Shown here: piece by piece, positions 7,774 through 10,707 of the stretch
How positions within the stretch are numbered: position 1 is the first letter of the stretch
How the letters are laid out: each line of letters begins with the position of its first letter
From: Candidatus Oleincola secundus
GTDB lineage: Bacteria > Atribacterota > Phoenicimicrobiia > Phoenicimicrobiales > Stramentimicrobiaceae
DNA length: 10,707 nt
Reading direction: 5' to 3'
Assembly: GCA_018400815.1 (NCBI GenBank)
Contig: JAGYLS010000062.1
Location: forward strand, 1-10,707
Program-made: the position numbers and the translations under genes
Notes under the pieces: generated by a model
What the model saw: the letters and a program-made list of their open reading frames with translations, nothing else
What the model was told of the DNA's origin: nothing
Database searches by the model: none

Positions 7774-8730
7774 CTATTTCTTCTTCTTGTTTTTTATCTT
7801 TTTAGCATTTTTTACTTTCTTCTCTCTCTTGCCTTGATCGGCCTGAGGTACTGAACTAAAAGATACTTTCCCTCTTTTTTTTAATTCTAAAAGTAAAGGG
7901 CCAGCCATACATATAGAAGAATAAGTTCCCACAACAATTCCTATCAATAAGACAAAGGCAAAATCAGATAGAGTACCACCAAAAAAATAAAGTGCCAGAA
8001 CTGGCAATAAAGTAGTAATAGCAGTATTTACAGTCCTGGTTAGAGATTGGTTTATGCTTAAATCAATTGTTTCTTCCAGAATAGGCCGTGATTTTAATTT
8101 TAGATTTTCTCTCAACCTATCAAAAATAACTATAGTGTTGTTCAATGAATAACCAACAATCGTTAAAATTGCTGCAATAATGGGTATTGATATTTCCTTT
8201 TGCAATACTGAAAGGATTGCCAGGGCAATCAAAACATCATGTCCCAAAGCAATAATAGAAGTAATAGCATATTTAAACTCAAACCTTACTGTAATATAAA
8301 GAATAATACCTATGAAGGCAAAAATAATGGCAAAAACAGCTAGTCGTTTCAGGGATTCTCCGATAACAGGACCTACCATTTCTACTTTCATGACTTCAAA
8401 TGCCCCGATGCGATTTTCAAGTGTTTCCAATATTTCCTCTCTCTGCTGAAGGGCAGTCTGGTCTGTTCTTATTACAAATTCATTACCTGATAATGACTGT
8501 ATAGTACTACCAGCTAAATTCATTTCCTCCAAAACATCTCGGATATCTGTTATAGATGCATTTTGTTCAAAGTCTATTTGTATTAGAGTTCCCCCTGCAA
8601 AATCAATACCATAATTTAGTCCTTGAAAAAGCAGTGAAATTATTCCAATTAAAATAATGGCCGCAGAAATTTGATAGAATTTTTTTCTTTTAGAAACGAA
8701 TTTAATATCCGTATTTTTGATAATATCCAT
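7774..8730 (-). CDS. secF: Protein translocase subunit SecF
   Basis: Motifs GLNYGIDFAGGT, VGPVIG, YITVRFE, GHDV, GYSLNNTIVIFDRLREN, RTVNT and GTYSS, plus six hydrophobic segments. SD GGAGG at 8742-8738 lies 7 nt before the ATG at 8730, which is preferred over the track's TTG at 8766 (318 aa). Confidence 0.96.
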   Translation of the reverse strand: MDIIKNTDIKFVSKRKKFYQISAAIILIGIISLLFQGLNYGIDFAGGTLIQIDFEQNASITDIRDVLEEMNLAGSTIQSLSGNEFVIRTDQTALQQREEILETLENRIGAFEVMKVEMVGPVIGESLKRLAVFAIIFAFIGIILYITVRFEFKYAITSIIALGHDVLIALAILSVLQKEISIPIIAAILTIVGYSLNNTIVIFDRLRENLKLKSRPILEETIDLSINQSLTRTVNTAITTLLPVLALYFFGGTLSDFAFVLLIGIVVGTYSSICMAGPLLLELKKRGKVSFSSVPQADQGKREKKVKNAKKIKNKKKK

Positions 8731-8865
8731 GAATTTTCCTCCAATATACAATGTCAAGATATTCAAAGGGAATTCTTATCTTTGAAATCCTTTTAATACA
8801 TCCTAAATACAATATTTACTATGGCTTCGAAATTCCAATGTGGTAATTAGTGCAATTTTCACATC

Positions 8866-10056
8866 TCAAACTAAAGCATTTTTCTTAAATCGCTGTCCCA
8901 TTAATTCTAAAATTAACTTAGTTACTATTATTGCTGTAAACATACTAACCGCAATTCCTATGCTTAAAGTTACAGCAAATCCCCTGATTGGACCAGACCC
9001 AAAATAAAGAAGAGCGATTGCAGCAATTAATGTAGTAACATTGGCATCCAATATTGTTCTAAATGCTTTGGAAAAACCAGCCTCTATAGAAGCTCTGAAT
9101 GTCTTATCCATTTTTAACTCTTCTTTGATTCTCTCAAAAATAAGGATATTGGCATCTACTGCCATTCCAATAGTTAAGATAATCCCACCAATACCCGGTA
9201 AAGTCAGGGTTGCATTCAAGATTGCCAATCCTCCCATAACCAAAAGTAGACAAATACCTAAGGACAAATCCGCAATAAGTCCAAACCCCTTATAGAAGAC
9301 TACCATAAATACAAGAATTAATAGCAAGCCCACTATTCCGGCCTTTAAACCACGATTAATGGAATCTTTCCCCAGAGTTGGGCCGACTGAACGATTTTCT
9401 AAAATCTTAACTTCTACCGGAAGCGCTCCGCTTCTTAATAATAATGCCAATTGCTGGGCTTCTTCTACACTGAATTGGCCTACAATTGAAGCCTCGCCAC
9501 TGGGAATAGGTTCTTCTACCACAGGGGCAGAAATCTCCTGTCCATCCAGGGTAATGGCCAAAACCTTGCCTACATTGCTCATAGTAGCTTGTTCAAAGAG
9601 CCTTGCCCCTTCTTCATCAAATTCAAGTACAACATTTGCCCTACCAAAACGATCAAAAGAAGCTTTGGCATTTTTTAGATGAGCACCTGTTAACAATGTT
9701 TGACCACTATCATCTTTAAACTCCAACAAAGCAGTCTTGCCAATAAGACTCTCGGCTTCCTGTGGATCGTCCATACCAGGTAACTGCACTAATATTCTTC
9801 TTTCACCCTGACGCTGAATAACAGGCTCTTTTACACCCTCAGGATTAATTCGATTAGTAATAATTTCAATAACCCGATTCACAGCATCACTGTCTACCGG
9901 GGCATCTGGGGTATCAATACATTCCAGTACAATATGAGAACCCCCTTGTAAATCAAGGCCTAAATTAATATTTTTATCTAAAGGGAAAGCATAAAAAACT
10001 GCAATTCCAACCACAAGTACAATAATTACTAACCTTATCACTCTTAACTGCTTCAT
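8866..10056 (-). CDS. secD: Protein translocase subunit SecD
   Basis: Motifs NLGLDLQGG, RILVQLPG, LRSGALP, VGPTLG, TLTLPGIGG, IGMAVDANILIFERIKEE, ILDANVTT and GPIRGFAVTL. SD AAGGAG upstream. Confidence 0.97.
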   Translation of the reverse strand: MKQLRVIRLVIIVLVVGIAVFYAFPLDKNINLGLDLQGGSHIVLECIDTPDAPVDSDAVNRVIEIITNRINPEGVKEPVIQRQGERRILVQLPGMDDPQEAESLIGKTALLEFKDDSGQTLLTGAHLKNAKASFDRFGRANVVLEFDEEGARLFEQATMSNVGKVLAITLDGQEISAPVVEEPIPSGEASIVGQFSVEEAQQLALLLRSGALPVEVKILENRSVGPTLGKDSINRGLKAGIVGLLLILVFMVVFYKGFGLIADLSLGICLLLVMGGLAILNATLTLPGIGGIILTIGMAVDANILIFERIKEELKMDKTFRASIEAGFSKAFRTILDANVTTLIAAIALLYFGSGPIRGFAVTLSIGIAVSMFTAIIVTKLILELMGQRFKKNALV

Positions 10057-10161
10057 ATATTGAACAACTCCTTTAAAATAGATAGCTTATAAATACGAAA
10101 AGATGGCGTCAAAAAAATTAATCTTCCCTAATTCACTGTGTTTTGCATAAAATACCTTATG

Positions 10162-10191
10162 ATTATAATATTTAACAAAATTCTTTGTCAA
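10162..10191 (-). promoter_or_regulatory. Sigma70/SigA-type promoter for secD and downstream genes
   Basis: Minus strand has TTGACA (10191-10186), an 18-nt spacer and TATAAT (10167-10162). Both hexamers are perfect consensus, and the site lies between the yajC terminator and secD. Confidence 0.75.
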
Positions 10192-10244
10192 TTTATATTT
10201 ATATATCTAACTAGGTTATTAAGCTGGCACTTTATCATAATTGT

Positions 10245-10278
10245 AAACAAGAAGAAAGGCAGGTATAAAACCTGCCTT
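10245..10278 (-). terminator. Rho-independent terminator after yajC
   Basis: Minus strand has a 9-bp perfect stem, AAGGCAGGT-TTTAT-ACCTGCCTT (10278-10256), followed by the T-rich run TCTTCTTGTTT. It starts about 30 nt after the yajC stop. Confidence 0.75.
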
Positions 10279-10310
10279 AATATTGTTCTATCGGTTTTAT
10301 CAATAAAATC

Positions 10311-10574
10311 TTATTTTTCTCTTTTTGAGCCAATAGCATTTCTGGTAGTATTTATTTTAATATCTTTAGAAATTTCTAAAGTAAATACCTCACCTTTTAT
10401 ATCCCTGATAACACCATATATACCACCAATAGTTATTACTTTATCGCCAACTTTTAAACTCTCCAACATTTGTTTATGCTTTTTTTGTCTTTGTTGCTGT
10501 GGGCGTATCAGAATAAAATAAAAAATGGCAAATATAATAATTAAAGGTAAAAATTGCTGAATACCTTGAGACAT
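10311..10574 (-). CDS. yajC: Preprotein translocase subunit YajC
   Basis: One N-terminal TM segment, then FYFILIRPQQQRQK and LKVGDKVITIGGIYG. SD GAAAGGTG overlaps the track's GTG at 10583 and lies 8 nt from the ATG at 10574, which is preferred. Confidence 0.96.
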   Translation of the reverse strand: MSQGIQQFLPLIIIFAIFYFILIRPQQQRQKKHKQMLESLKVGDKVITIGGIYGVIRDIKGEVFTLEISKDIKINTTRNAIGSKREK

Positions 10575-10609
10575 TTGCTTCACACCTTTCTTTTTAAAAA
10601 TTCTTTTAA

Positions 10610-10638
10610 ATTATACCTAATTAATCACTTTTTATCAA
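10610..10638 (-). promoter_or_regulatory. Sigma70/SigA-type promoter for yajC
   Basis: Minus strand has TTGATA (10638-10633), a 17-nt spacer and TATAAT (10615-10610), with an A/T-only UP-element-like tract upstream. Confidence 0.7.
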
Positions 10639-10669
10639 ATATTTTAATAATTAATATTAAATAAAATAG

Positions 10670-10707
10670 TAAATATCGCACCCGCATAGCGGGTGGCTTT
10701 AAGAACC
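10670..10707 (-). mobile_element. Possible right end of an IS200/IS605-family element or non-autonomous derivative (truncated by window edge)
   Basis: GC-rich hairpin CACCCGC-N3-GCGGGTG (10679-10695) in an otherwise very AT-rich spacer. Minus strand reads AAAGCCACCCGCTATGCGGGTGCGATATTTA, which resembles the IS200-type end ...CCGGCTATGCCGGAGGATATTTA as I recall it. No transposase is visible in the window. Confidence 0.5.

Noticed and set aside
8752..8757. TTGACA on the minus strand before secF
   Set aside because: No -10 hexamer at 16-18 nt spacing, and any transcript would start at or past the start codon.
9041..9682. Two plus-strand ORFs (9041-9295, 9359-9682)
   Set aside because: Antisense shadows of secD.
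10100..10150. GCAAAAC...GACGC in the secD leader as a possible c-di-GMP-I riboswitch
   Set aside because: Lacks the GNRA-capped P2 stem, the GCAAAG segment and P3 pairing.
10138..10521. 127-aa plus-strand ORF
   Set aside because: Runs across the secD promoter, the terminator and antisense yajC, with no SD and no recognisable domain.
1..10707. CRISPR array, tRNA/rRNA, prophage, toxin-antitoxin or defence system
   Set aside because: No spaced direct repeats, cloverleaf or rRNA-like sequence, or unexplained coding space. The window is almost fully accounted for by ten known housekeeping genes.

Overview
AT-rich bacterial housekeeping region with ten intact genes, all on the minus strand. In transcription order they are yajC, secD, secF, recJ, apt, rel (bifunctional RelA/SpoT), dtd, an MBL-fold hydrolase, ahcY and comF. 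The yajC-to-MBL order is the familiar Firmicutes-like arrangement, with ahcY and comF appended. I see no new multi-gene system. The best leads are small. (1) The first ~28 nt after the comF stop resemble the 5' end of a raiA-motif ncRNA, cut by the window edge. (2) recJ appears to begin 60 codons upstream of the ORF-track call, at a non-canonical ATC codon behind a well-spaced Shine-Dalgarno (SD). (3) SecF has Asn in place of the conserved Asp of the GYSxNDT motif. (4) An IS200/IS605-like terminal hairpin sits upstream of yajC at the other edge. (5) yajC has its own promoter and terminator, and secD has a separate consensus promoter. All plus-strand ORFs look like antisense shadows. Taxonomy cannot be fixed from this window.
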